Shown one piece after another: positions 13,804-26,438 of a DNA stretch of 64,000 nucleotides. The translations under genes were made by a program, and so were the position numbers. Under the pieces are notes generated by a model. The model was not told where the DNA came from. It saw only the letters and a program-made list of their open reading frames with translations, and searched no databases. Positions within the stretch are counted from its first letter, which is position 1. Each line of letters starts with the position of its first letter. Source of the DNA: Octopus sinensis (lineage: Eukaryota); contig NC_043003.1 in the NCBI RefSeq assembly GCF_006345805.1, positions 1,054,001-1,118,000 of the forward strand. Direction: 5' to 3'.

Positions 13804-13840
13804 CTGTCTGATGATCGGTAACGTGAAACTCTGAGTAGCA
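13804..13840 (+). ncRNA. Solitary minimal hammerhead motif with canonical core, same family as 11069-11106
   Basis: ctgt-CTGATGA-TCG-gtaa-CGT-GAAA-CTC-t-GAG-TA-gca. Predicted cleavage is after A13837. Confidence 0.6.
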
Positions 13841-15451
13841 TTAGTTCTTTAAGGTCGTTCATTGAGTTAACCGATCAGTGAACGAACTTATAATGATTAT
13901 CGGAAACAGCTGTAAGTCAAATTTGCTGCAATAAACAATAAAAGAATACGCAATGGAGGTTCTGAGCGGAAGTGCATAGCTTCCGTTACAGTGGAGATAT
14001 ATAGATCCTAGTTGACTCGAAGTTACTAAAAAGAACCGGAACGAAATACAGGGAAAGTTTATTTTCCTGGAGGAAAAGAATAATTACTTCCCTTGGATTA
14101 AGGTTAGCCATGGTTGAAGCGTGTCAGTTGTGCGTCCTCACACGCGTATACATGTCCAAAGATTAGGGGGACTCTATTGCCAAAACGAATTTCCGTTCAT
14201 GAGGGCAGCATCCGAATATTTCACCTTTCGAGTTCGGGAAAGAACCCAGTTCGTGTGAGTCTTTTTTTAATAAATTATTCTCCTTTCCGTCACGCAAACA
14301 TTGCAACGTTTACTTCTATTTAGGTATCGTTCCGCTTACCCCAGCCATTTCCAGTTGACCCCTGTAGGACATTGCTTCCTCTTTTAATTGCCTTTCATAA
14401 CTGGCTAACATTGTAACATTGCGCCTCTATGTCGGATTCTAAAAGTGGATCCGTGATTATTCATGTATTACACACACACACACAGAAACATTGTCCCCTT
14501 ATATACAAAAATTGATTTTTCCCACTGTTCCTGCGTCTATCAAAATCACTTTAACCAAATATAATCAGCAATAGGACTTATTATAATTAATCCGGAATAA
14601 ATATCCCCCCCCCCTCAGTAAATCGTCTTTTAGAGAAACTTTAGTCAAGAAGGAGTTCAGCAGATTTCGCTGTCCCCTTCTCTGGACCCATTTTACAATA
14701 ACAAACCATAAGCATATCCTAAACCTTGCTCAACGACCACATTGCTCTCCAGATTCAGTTCCAGATTCATGAGAATTTGATTACACACATGCGCCCCCCC
14801 CCCCCACAAAGTGATAGAAGCTGGAATTACGATCTTTTAGAAAATCTTTTAAATTCGTTGTGGGCGCAAGTCTTGACAGCCGGATCTCGGATATGTACTG
14901 AAATTTACGGACGTATGGCAACCCTTAGCTCTAGCAATTCTATATCGATTTCAATGATTATATCAACACCTTTAGCACCATCTCTATCAATTCCTGTGTG
15001 GAACCATTATCAGACCATTCACAGCAAAAGCTCTGATGCTTTATAAATTCCACCCGACAATAATTTCTGAATTACTCTATTGAAACATGGATATCGTTAG
15101 GGGTGGGGGCACATATGTCTGAAATGGTCAGTTCCTGGACTTTCAACCAGGGATTGAAACTGCAGCCTTAATGTTTCAACTGACTTCCCCCCACCCCTTT
15201 GTTCTATAAAAACGCACTTGGAGGTCTACGTGTCGTCTGTTCACTTGTTGACCAGCTTGGGTCAACATCTGTTCAACCTAGATAATCCAAGGAAAATCCC
15301 GCGTTCGCTCCCCTGACCCACTTTAGTTAGGAAATTGTTCCAAATAAAAAAAGCCCCAACAGAATTCCTTCTCTTTGTTTTACCAGGCATTTTGGCAGAA
15401 ATACAGCGCTGTTACCCTACCCCTCCCTCTTGCTTTCTTTCTTTCTCTCTC

Positions 15452-15516
<65 letters not shown>

Positions 15517-16274
15517 TCCTGGCTGTCAAAAAGATTACATGTTTCTCTTACCCTCTTTACTCGACAACCAAGAGCGGTCGATTCTCTCTCTCTTACTCTC
15601 TCTCTCTCTCTCCTTTTCCTCTCAGCCACACAGCAATAAACAACAAATGGCCACAGCGATCCATCAATAAACACGAGCGACAACAGAACTTCTTCAAGTC
15701 TTCATATTTCAACAACTCGAAGTAGTTGTGTAGATTGTAACGGCAAATAAAGCCACCACAGCTGTTCTTTATTTCTTGTCATCACCACTGCATCTCTACC
15801 ACTCCGTTCACTAGATTCCTGATGACCTTCAACGCTTCAAACCAGCACACACTGACCGTTACATATCTCCAGAATGAAACTAGGTTATTTGAACAAGACA
15901 TCACAGACTTATTCGACACCTGGAAACTAGGAATCTCTCTTAATTGATTATGTTCTGTTGCATCTGTTACATTTCCAACGAAAGCCATTTGCATGTCTGT
16001 GTAAATTTATTTAATGTTGGGGTTTGTTAGCAACGTGAGCAGTGAGCTGACCTCGTTTTAAATGAGATGCCGGCGAGCAAGCAGTCATTGGATACAATTC
16101 TGTTGATTTAGTTCTTTATTTTCAATACCAACACGCGCAAAACAAAAAACAAAAAAAAATCATTGAATTCTATGGTATGAGGTTCGTTTGGGTTTCCTCC
16201 ACAAAACAAAACTTGCACAAAATTTGAAGATTTTTAATCTTCATCATCGTCACCACCACCACCACCAACAACAA

Positions 16275-16420
16275 CAACATCATTTAAACGTCTGTGTTCG
16301 ATGCTGGCATGGTTTGGACGGGTCGAGGAATTCGATGGCTGCAGGGTCTGCATCGTACAGCAGAGTCTGCGTTGGTGTGCTTTTTACGGACGAATGCCCT
16401 TCGTAATGCCAACCCCTTTA
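16275..16420 (-). mobile_element. 3' end of an RTE-tailed short retroposon
   Basis: On the minus strand: ggttggcattacgaagggcattcgtccgtaaaaa...ccagcatcgaacacagacgtttaaatgatg followed by a trinucleotide tail. Confidence 0.45.
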
Positions 16421-17387
16421 GTGTAGGAGTGGCTGTGTGGTAAATAGCTTGCTTACCAACCACATGGTTCCGGGTTCAGTCCCACTGCGTGGCACATTGG
16501 GCAGGTGTCTTCTACTATAGCCTCGGGCCGACCAAAGCCTTGTGAGAGGATTTGCTAAAGGGAAACTGAAAAAAGTCCGTCGTATATATATGTGAGGGTG
16601 CAAAGAGCATTTTAACCGGTTTTCACTTTGATCTCCGTACTTACATGGCGCTCCCCAAAGATATATTTTGTGTCGTTGACGCATTCGAATCTCGTTATCT
16701 CGGCCGTTTCCGTCCTTTTAACTTCCTTGTTTAAGGCCCTAGGTAATAAACCTTTCTTCTCGTTTTCATTGCTTTCTTCAAAGGTGTCACTTTCCGCCTT
16801 GGTACGGTGTGAAGGGGGGGGGGGGCGTATTTATTTTTTAAAATTTCCTTTTATTTGTTTCAGTCATCAGACTGTGGCCATGCTGGGGCACCGCCTTGAA
16901 AAATTTTAGCCGAAAGAATAGATCTGAGTTCTTGTCTTTTTGTTTTTTTAAAGCCCAGTATTTATTCCATCGGATTATGGAGACGTAAACATACCAACAC
17001 CGGTTGTCAAGCAGTGGCGGGGTGCAAACACAGACACAAAGACACACACGCACACACGCACACACACACATATATACACAAAGGGCTTCTTTCAGTTTCC
17101 GTCTACCATATCCACTCACAAGGCTTTGGTCGGTCCAAGGCTATAGTAGAAGACACTTGCGCAACATGTCACACAGTAGGACCGAACCCGGAACCGCGTG
17201 GTTAGGGACCGACCTTCTAACCACACAGCCACGTCTGTACCTGATGTATTTAATTTCAAAAACTTATCGAAAATTTGTAATCAAACAAGTATTTTGCACA
17301 AATGACAGGAAACAGAATTAGGTTGGGAATCGAACGCGGGAATGATGCTGTGCCAATTTGATGGGTCACTTGCAAATGCTAGAGCTG

Positions 17388-17718
17388 ACGAGTGGAGGTT
17401 CCCGACCATTTTTTACCCACGGACCCCTTTGGTCACTATTTTACCCTACGGGACCTCCATAGACATTCCCTCAATTCTTTTACTGGTTTCAGTCATTTAA
17501 CTGCGGCCATGCTGGAGCACCGCCTTTTAGTCGAACAAATCGACCCCACGACTCATTCTTTGTAAGCCTGGTACTTATTCTATCGGTTATCTTTTGCTGA
17601 ACCGCTAGGTTACGGGGACATAAACACACCAACATCAGTTGTCAAGCCATGGTTAGGGGACAAACACACACACAAATGCATACATTATACACACATACAC
17701 ACATATATATATATATAT

Positions 17719-17801
<83 letters not shown>

Positions 17802-18033
17802 ATGTATGTATGTATGTATGTATGTATTTACGACAGGCTTCTTTCAGTTTCCGTCTACCAACTCCACTCACAGAGCCACGCCTATATGAAGCAAAACTTC
17901 TTATATTTTTATAATAAAATATTATAAGGAATTGTATTCAAAAAATTTGTAAACATATAAGCAATTTATTGATCATAACTTTTAACAAAAGAATCATATG
18001 GACCCTTAGGGACCCTGGTTAAGAATCACTGCT
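17388..18033. mobile_element. hAT-like MITE containing a family A SINE insertion (17478-17885)
   Basis: 3' TIR ggttaagaatcactg, degenerate 5' end agtggaggttcccgacc, subterminal ggaccc motifs. No TSD recognised. Confidence 0.45.
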
Positions 18034-19148
18034 CTACATTAAGCATAGACAACCGTTTCGAAAACTGGGCCGCATGGGACATAGTTCATTATCGGGTTGG
18101 CCGCACTGCTAATAAATATTCAAGGTAATTTTTTGTGAGGCGTACCATTCAGAAAATCCTGTGGACCGCCTGAGGCCCAAACCCGCTCTACGTTGGTCGC
18201 TTGGTTTTCTAGAAAAAATGCCCTAATGACCTTCAAATGACACCCACTGCCTTAGGAAATAACACTAAGTAATGGGGTCTGGAGGTTTCTTGCACGTAGG
18301 TTTCCTGCGCAGGCGTGGCTGTGGGCTTATGAAGTTCACTTGACAATCACGTGGTTTTGAGGTCATCCAGTTCATTTAACGATTTCAATATTCTTAGCAA
18401 ACGACAATCGTGCAAGGCGAATGGATTTCGTTTCTATGACAATCAATGGATTAAACAGTAAATCTATTCAAAACGCCATCCACACCGCTCTCCCTCCCTC
18501 CCTCCCTCCCTCTCTCTCTCCCTCGCTCCCTCCCTCTCTCTCTCCCTCTCTGTCCTTTCTCTCTCGCCGGCCTTCGAAATCGAATCAGCGTCCCAATTAT
18601 TTATTCATCATTGATTTTTCGTTCCTCGGTGTCGATAAGTGAGATTTTGACAAATGGTCGAAAACGGATCTTATTCAATACATACATACATACATACATA
18701 CATACATAAGCAATGCAATATATATACATACAATACATATACATAAACATACACACACATATATATACATATATACATTCATATGTGTCTATATGCGTTT
18801 GTGTGCACGTGTGTGTGTGTGTGTATGTGTGCTGAAGTTATTGATCAAATCCCGGTCAGTCTTGAAGGAGCAGCCTTATGATTAATGCGTTCCAGCTGTG
18901 GCCATCATATATTGTTTTCGGGCGTAGCATATTTAGGATTGTCTTTCTCAAAAAAAACAAACAAATAAATAATGTAGAGAATGAGAGAGAGAGAGAGGTT
19001 TGGCTGCTATTTCTAGCTGATTGGCCTGTGTCATAGAAGCCCCGGTTACCTTGGTAACTCAGTAGGCAGTGTCCAGTCCAGCATAATGAAATGTTGTTGA
19101 TAAACGAGTTGAATATTTGTCATAGCAGTGATAGAGATGTTGTAAGAT

Positions 19149-19188
<40 letters not shown>

Positions 19189-20099
19189 GGAAACAGAATG
19201 AAAGAATACACGCATACACACTTGCACATACACACACGTACGCACAGGCGCGCGATAAACACACACACATATCAGAATGCACACCAGCACGAACAAGCAG
19301 TCACACACATACACACACACACACAAACACAAACTCTCTCTCTCTCTCTCTTCTCTCTCCCTCTTCTCTGTCTCACATTCTCACATTCATATGAATATAT
19401 ATATAGATAGAACTTGTAAAGTAGGAGACAAACAGACAGACCCGAAGTGGACAGGTAAAGAGTCGTGTCGTTGATGAGGACACAAACGACGATGAAAGGA
19501 CTTTTGCAAACCTGATTGACAAACGCGAATGATTCATCGAGCAATCGATGTGTTAACTGCCTAATTGATCAGCCAATTAACAATTAAAATAAAGAAGTGA
19601 AATATAACCAATGCGCGTGTCTCTTATTGGCTTAGTGACCTTTTGAGATACAGCAAAATGGTAGAGAGAAGAGAACGAAAGAAGCATCGAACCTCGGAAA
19701 CAAAAGAGAAATAGTTAAATGAAAAGAGTTAGAAAAAAACAGTAAATAATAAGAAACAAAACAAATAAATATATAAATAAAAGGGAAATAACTGTGAGAA
19801 TGAAGGAAATAAAGAGAAAGAATAAGAAGGGAGAGAGATAAAGAGTAAGGCAAATCGATAGGCAAAGAAATTGTGATTAAATAAACAGTCAATGCATTTG
19901 TAGCACAACATCCTTAAATGAACTACCAAGAATGCGTTATATATGCAAATCAGTCAATCCAATCTATTGAGGTAATAGATTATAAGCTGTGTGTATGAGG
20001 GCAGTTAAAGTGGGTTAAGTCTAATCACATGATGGAATGTTGTCAAGCAGATTTCTTTTTTCTTTTGTCTATATAGAAACGTCCCTTACACACTTTTGT

Positions 20100-20510
20100 C
20101 ACATGACCCCTGTATTTACCGTATCATACGCTACTTCTCACCTGTGCCATATGCTCCTACACACCCTGCCAGATGCCTCCTACATGCACCTGCCATACGC
20201 CCCGCACACAGTTTAGACTCCACCCGGAATTCATCCAAGCCTGGAATCCTGTGTCATACGCCCTCACCACAATTCAAGCTCACAACATATAACCGCATGG
20301 CAACACATTTACTTCTCCTCCTCCTCAGTGGACCCTGCTCTATTTAACATTATCTCCAAACAAATCAATAAATATATCCCATCACCTTCAACCGATATCT
20401 GGACAAACTTCTTCAAGAGATACCGGACAATCCCTGGACAAGCCACCAATACCTGGATACATCCCAAAACAAGAACGACTCTACTTGAATGGGCCATGGC
20501 ACCACAAAAC
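20100..20510 (+). mobile_element. Degenerate CR1/L2-type LINE 3' fragment
   Basis: GPALFNIISK...FNRYLDKLLQEIPDNP...TLLEW parallels GPQLFNILPK...KSKLDLFLSRVPDEP of 36065-36732. Confidence 0.6.
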
Positions 20511-20762
20511 CTGACACAACCCTTTAACTGCGAAATTAAACTTCATAGTTATTTCAGTAAATCTCTACCAAAAACTAGAAATGGTATTTTCTGCAATTCA
20601 CGTTGCCTCAGTAAACTTGGCATATCTCAACAGTAAATAGTTTTAAACATCATATTCCCCAACAAAAGATATTTTGGTGGATAAAACCGCTTTTCGCAGT
20701 TAAAGGTCATGAAATTTTGAGAAGGCATATCTGCTTTCCGCTGTAAATAGGGTAAAAACGAC

Positions 20763-21355
20763 GGTACTTTTTGGTTATCTCACCCCCATTAAAAAATTGC
20801 CATTAAAAATGGGGTTATCTCCCATATATAAAAACCATCATTTTTTTCAAGTGAGCTGAGTTCATTTCCAAACACATATAAACACACACACACACACAAC
20901 ACACACACACACACATTTTTTTTATTGCCCACAGGGGACTAAACACAAAGGACAGACAAAGGGATTAAGTTGATTACATCGACTCCAGTGCGTAACTGGT
21001 ACTTATTTAATCGACCCTGAAAGGATGAAAGGCTAAGTCGGCCTCGGCGGAAATTGAACTCAGAACGTAACGGCAGACGAAATACCGCTGAGAATTTTGC
21101 CCGGTGTGCTAACGTTTCAGCCAGCTCGCCGAGGTATATATATATATATACATATATATACAGACCCACTGAGAAGAGGTGGGGGTCAGCCAGGGCGGCG
21201 GCCCAAGGCCCACCAGTTTAAGCGGCCCACAAGCCAGACGAGGGAAAAATACGAAGCTCACTTGAAAAAAGGGATGGTTTTTTCTTTAATATATGAGAGA
21301 TGACCCCATTTTTAATGGCAATTTTTCAATGGGGGTGAGATAACCAAAAAGTACC
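20763..21355. mobile_element. MITE-like element with ~95-100-bp inverted arms (20763-20857 / 21255-21355) enclosing a family B SINE
   Basis: ggtactttttggttatctcacccccatt...caagtgagct is mirrored by agctcacttg...aatgggggtgagataaccaaaaagtacc. Confidence 0.7.
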
Positions 21356-21579
21356 AAAACCGCTCAACACATTTTCCCAGGTGCTGCTCTTACCTTAGAC
21401 ATTTCTTAGTTTTCCTCAAAGGTTTATATAGAGACAAAGTATTTGCATATGTCTGTACTTGGTGTTGGTTAAAAACTATTGCACCACGTAGAGTACTGTA
21501 CTCTGTACGTTTTGTATGTAGCAGAGTATTTTAGTGCAATGCTGTATGTGGTAGAGTCGTGGCACTCCGTCGGTTACGA

Positions 21580-21915
21580 CGACGACGAGGGTTCCAGTTG
21601 ATCCGATCAACGGAACAGCCTGCTCGTGAAATTAGCGTGCAAGTGGCCGAGCACTCCACAGACACGTGTAGCCTTAACGTAGTTCTCGGGGAGATTCAGC
21701 GTGACATAAAGTATGACAAGGCTGGCCCTTTGAAATGCAGGAACAAAAGAAAGTTGTGGTGAAAAAGTACAGGAGGGTTCGCCGCCACCCCTACCGGAGC
21801 CTCGTGGAACTTTATGGGTTTTCGCTCAATAAACTCTCACAACGCCCGGTCTGGGAATTGAAACCACGATCCTACGACCGCGAGTCCGCTGCCCTAACCA
21901 CTGGGCCATTGTGCC
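21580..21915 (-). mobile_element. CORE-type tRNA SINE 'family C'
   Basis: Shared body ggcactccgtcggttacgacgacgagggttccagttgatccgatcaacgg, with a tRNA-like head at the right end. Other copies at about 45523-45805, 47190-47495, 48357-48625, 49057-49360 and 50221-50490 (all minus). Confidence 0.85.
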
Positions 21916-22351
21916 TATGTGGTAGAGTAGAGCATTAAAGTAAGAAGGATGAACAGTTGAAAAGTAAGTTCGAAAGAAAATGTGTCAAAAGAGAAGAAAA
22001 GCGAGGTTGAGGGTGGGGTGAAATAAATCTTTAAGATAAGGAGGTAAGAAAGGAATAAGATAAGATAACGCGGGAATGTGAAGAAAAGAAGAGAAAAGGG
22101 TAGAAGGAAAGTGAAGTAAAAATATTATGTACCGAGAGAGAGAGAAAGGGGAGAGAGGGAGAAGAAGAAGAAGAAGAAGAAGAGAGAGAGAGAGAAGAGA
22201 GAGAGAGAGAAAGGTAGGAAAACAAACCTGATCTCAGAACCGTTTGCTATCAAACTAAATAATAAAAAAAGACAAAAAACAAAAGAATATTTCTATTCAC
22301 CCACAAACAATAAGAAGAGTATGGGGACTTACTGATTATTTACTCAGAGAA

Positions 22352-22586
22352 GGCGGCGAGGAGCTGGCAGAATGGTTAGCACGCCGGGCGAAATGCTTGG
22401 CGGTATTTCGGCTGCCGTTACGTTCGGAGTTCAAATTCCGCCGAGGTCGACTTTGCCTTTCATCCTTTCGGGGTCGATAAATTAAGTACCAGTTACGCAC
22501 TGGAGTCGATGTAATCGACTTAATCCGTTTGTCTGTCCTTGTTTGTCCCCTCTATGTTTAGCCCCTTGTGGGTAGTAAAGAAATAA
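22352..22586 (+). mobile_element. tRNA-derived SINE 'family B', full length
   Basis: ggcggcgaggagctggcagaatggttagcacg...gagttcaaattccgccgaggtcgactttgcctttcatcctttcggggtcgat...gtaaagaaata. Other copies at about 7310-7556(-), 12655-12870(+), 20915-21131(-), 22587-22780(+), 26160-26386(-), 26470-26675(-), 36985-37275(-), 45010-45128(-), 63445-63596(-). Confidence 0.9.
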
Positions 22587-23029
22587 GAATCGTTAGCATG
22601 CCGGACAATATGCAAAGCAACATTTCGTCCGTCGTTACGGTCTCAGTTTAAATATCGCCAACGTCGATTAAATTTTCTTTTTTTCAGTTTTCATCTTTTC
22701 GGGGTCGATAAAATAAGTACCAGTCGAGTCCCTTCCCCTAGCATTTTAGGCCTTGTGTTTATAATCGAAAGGATTATCGATTTAAACGCAAAACATCAGG
22801 GAGAAGAGAAATGCTCTTCGCAAAGAAACTGCTGTTGTTAAAGTGAATTGCTTTGAAGAAGAGTTCGAAACGGAGCCGAGTCCTCATTTCACTCAGAACG
22901 TATTTCTTCATTATAGAAAAGACAAATGGGTAGAGTTAAAGTAATTTATTGAGAGAAGAAAGATATGTAAGAATATTCATATCATAAGTAAGGACAAACG
23001 GATTATGAAGTTAAACACAGAATAAAAGG

Positions 23030-23290
23030 CCGTCAAGATAAGCACAAAAGAGACTGGAGTTATGCATGAGCAAGTCCCACGAATCCTTACCCGGAAGAAC
23101 AGTCAAACATTAAGGAAGAAGTCAACTGCAGGATGTCCAAAGTCGGCAGCACTTGTTCGGGTAGACTGCACGAGGATGTGTGGGAGTACATAGGAACCAG
23201 TGCCACTATTACCGCAGGGCAGCTCTCCCAACCTGTTATATGATTGGGCAGTCCTGGACACCTACAAGAAACATTTCAACTACTCTAACA
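23030..23290 (+). mobile_element. Degenerate RTE-clade LINE remnant
   Basis: KISTKETGVMHEQVP...KEEVNCRMSKVGS..GRLHEDVW resembles the post-RT region of RTE/BovB-type ORFs. Confidence 0.55.
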
Positions 23291-24301
23291 TAAAGTGTCT
23301 CAACACGGGGCCGGATTAAGACTCTTAGAAGCCGAAATCACTAAAAAGGTTTTGGTGCCACCCCCATATATGTGTAATTCAAAATATACACAATAATAAA
23401 CCATAAAATAAAATTTCATTTTCTGAAATGAAACAAAAGTAAGAGGGAAAACGATGTTTATTTTCGTTTTCTTTATATTTGAAAAGTTTTCTCCTACTTT
23501 TTTTAATCGCAAAGTCTTTGATCTGATCCTTAGTATGGCACCATGGACACTTTGAAATTACATTTCCGATTAAACAAACCACTTTGAATATTATTTTAGC
23601 AGTTTAAAGGGATTTCTTTCTTGCCGTAGACCATTTACCATTTGCCCCTCTTCATTTGATGCCCGAAGCACGTGATTGTTTTTTGTTTAATGGTTAGTCC
23701 AGCGCCGTCTCCACAGCGTTTTGCATGCCTGTTGAAAAGACAAGAGACCAGACATTTAAATGCTTCACAAGTCAACATCTCAACCTTGTGAATACAAACT
23801 CTGGCATGTAAACCCCAAAATATCTCATTGGGTCATGGCTCTAGCAACCACCAATATCCACAGACAATAGCAAAACGATAGAACGTAAATAATAAGGAAC
23901 AAATGTTTGCTTACCTTCACATGATTCTTGTCAGCGGTTCGCAGTAATCAGAAAAGTAATCCAATGTCACAAACATATCCATTTTCTTTCCAAGTCATTC
24001 TCTTCAGAAAAGCCGTTCTGTTCCTTTTGCTATTCTATTGTATTGCCCGTCTCCGTCTCATCTCGACCTCAATGTTAATCCGTCTTTTGAACTATTTCAA
24101 TATTGTCTGACGACTTTTCGTTCAAATTTCAGTCAAATATCATTTCATCATTTATAAGCCTATATGCATATATATATATATACATATACACATATACATA
24201 CATATACATATATATTTATACATATATATATTGTATATATATATGCATATGTATATATATGTATATATATATATATATTATATATATATAATATATATAT
24301 A

Positions 24302-24391
<90 letters not shown>

Positions 24392-24465
24392 ATCTATTTC
24401 AAACTGTGAGAGTATATACTTGCATATTTGTATATAAGGTACGTATGTATATATACATGTGTGCG

Positions 24466-24496
<31 letters not shown>

Positions 24497-24674
24497 GTGT
24501 GTGCGTGTGTGTTTGTGAGTGTGTGTGTGTGCATAAATGCTTCTGTCTGTATATACTATGCTATGTATGTATGTATGTGTGGTCTTTATGTATGAATATC
24601 TGCAGAAGTTGAAGGGGAAAAAATTTAGGATAATCTAAAACGATGATAGAAATAAAACGAATACATCTCTTTAC

Positions 24675-24706
<32 letters not shown>

Positions 24707-25799
24707 TACCCTATAAAGCAGCGGGTATCAAAGAATACGAGGAAGTACAAGACTGATTCTCTAGAGTAGAGGTTAAAGGAACCCCACCCCAACAGCGCAG
24801 ACGAAATTTCAACCATATTCAAATTGGAAGCCATTTGCTAATCAAATCTTCAGAAACCTGTAAACATTATTTCTCACAACGGTTGTTATGAAAAATCACC
24901 ATTAAAGCCCAAAGACTCAAAGAGTAATTTAATGGTATTTCACAGAAAGCAAAGGAAATCTCGAACGCAGGGTAGGTGTGAAAACATCTTAGAAGATCGG
25001 ATGGAAATCCTTAGAAGACGGGGGAAAAGGATAGCAAGTCGCCATCGTGAATCGAATCCCCGACCACTCAAATTTCGGTTGAGCACTTTGTGCCAAAAGC
25101 GAAGCAATGAATATATATAATTTAGTGTTCCTTATTTTTTTCTCGTTATATGGCTGTCTGGTTAAGAAGATCGTTTTGCAACCACGCAACCACTACGAGC
25201 CAACCAGGGAACCGCTATATGGTCGTTCGAATTGGTAGAAATAGTAGCTAAATCTCCATCTCAATTACACCATACCATTGTAAAAAAAGTGAAGAATGAA
25301 ACTGTATGGAGAGAGGTTAAGGCCTGGATTTATAAAACTACCTCTGAGTCAAGGCTTGAATGTATGGCTATGATTATAGGTTTGCTCGATCGAGGCTGAC
25401 TTGGGCGGACGTGGGGTCAAACAACGACAGCAGTAACAACAACAAAAGTATCAACATCAGTAGCAACAGCAACAAAGAAATACCGTCATTCTCTATGTTG
25501 ATGGCTACGGTGATGTCTAGATGTGCAAAGCAAAACTTTCAATAGAGGCTCTCCCCATTGAACGGGGATAACAATATGTCCGACAATAAAGAAAGCATTG
25601 GACGCAGGGGTTCCAAGGAAGCAGACGATATATAAAGCTCTGCAAACGAGTTAACTACTGATAAAAACTAGCGCCGTGCAGTAAGTATCCGAGAATCGGA
25701 TAACAGATACGGTTGTTGTTGTTGATTAATCGCAGGTCATCTCTGGACGGTTAAACCTATGATCAGAAACATATTTACAAGCACCAAATCCAAACCTGA

Positions 25800-26123
25800 G
25801 CACCAAACCGTTAATCGTTAATTAACGAAGTTAACATTTTCGTTAACGATTTAACTTTTACGTTAACTTTGGAAATCATTATCGGACTAATTATCCTCTG
25901 TTACATTTAACTTCCGTTAACTCTAATTGAATTGAAGTTAACTGATTTTATAATTTTGGCACTTTTTAAGGATGTTTTTAGGTGGTTTTAGATCAAAACC
26001 TATTTTGTTTCCATAATAAAAATCAACGTTAACGGTTTATCGATAACTTCCGTTACATTTTTAAAGAATTAACTGATGAACTATTATCGAAGTTAACCTT
26101 TCGATTAACAGTGCCCACCTTTG
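25800..26123. mobile_element. hAT-type MITE (one end) with multiple GTTAAC subterminal motifs
   Basis: Ends in ...cagtgcccacctttg, a hAT-like TIR. Contains repeated gttaac/ttaacg motifs. The left TIR is missing. Confidence 0.55.
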
Positions 26124-26384
26124 GCCAAAACCGAGTGATGCCTCCCAGTGTACAACCAACAAGTAATAATTTTTTTCAAATCTAGGCACAAGGCCCAAAA
26201 CTTTTGGGGAGGGGTGCCAGTCGATTAGATCGACTCCAGTACGCAACTGGTACTTAATTTATCGATCCGGAAAGGATGAAAGGCAAAGTCGACCTCGGTG
26301 GAATTTGAATTCAGAACGTAAAGACAGACGAAATACCGCTAAGCATTTTGCCCGGTATGCTAACGGTTCTGCCAGCTCGCCGCC

Positions 26385-26438
<54 letters not shown>

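Noticed and set aside
22352-22445. tRNA genes at SINE heads
   Set aside because: A/B-box-like motifs are present, but they continue into SINE bodies and do not give a convincing cloverleaf.
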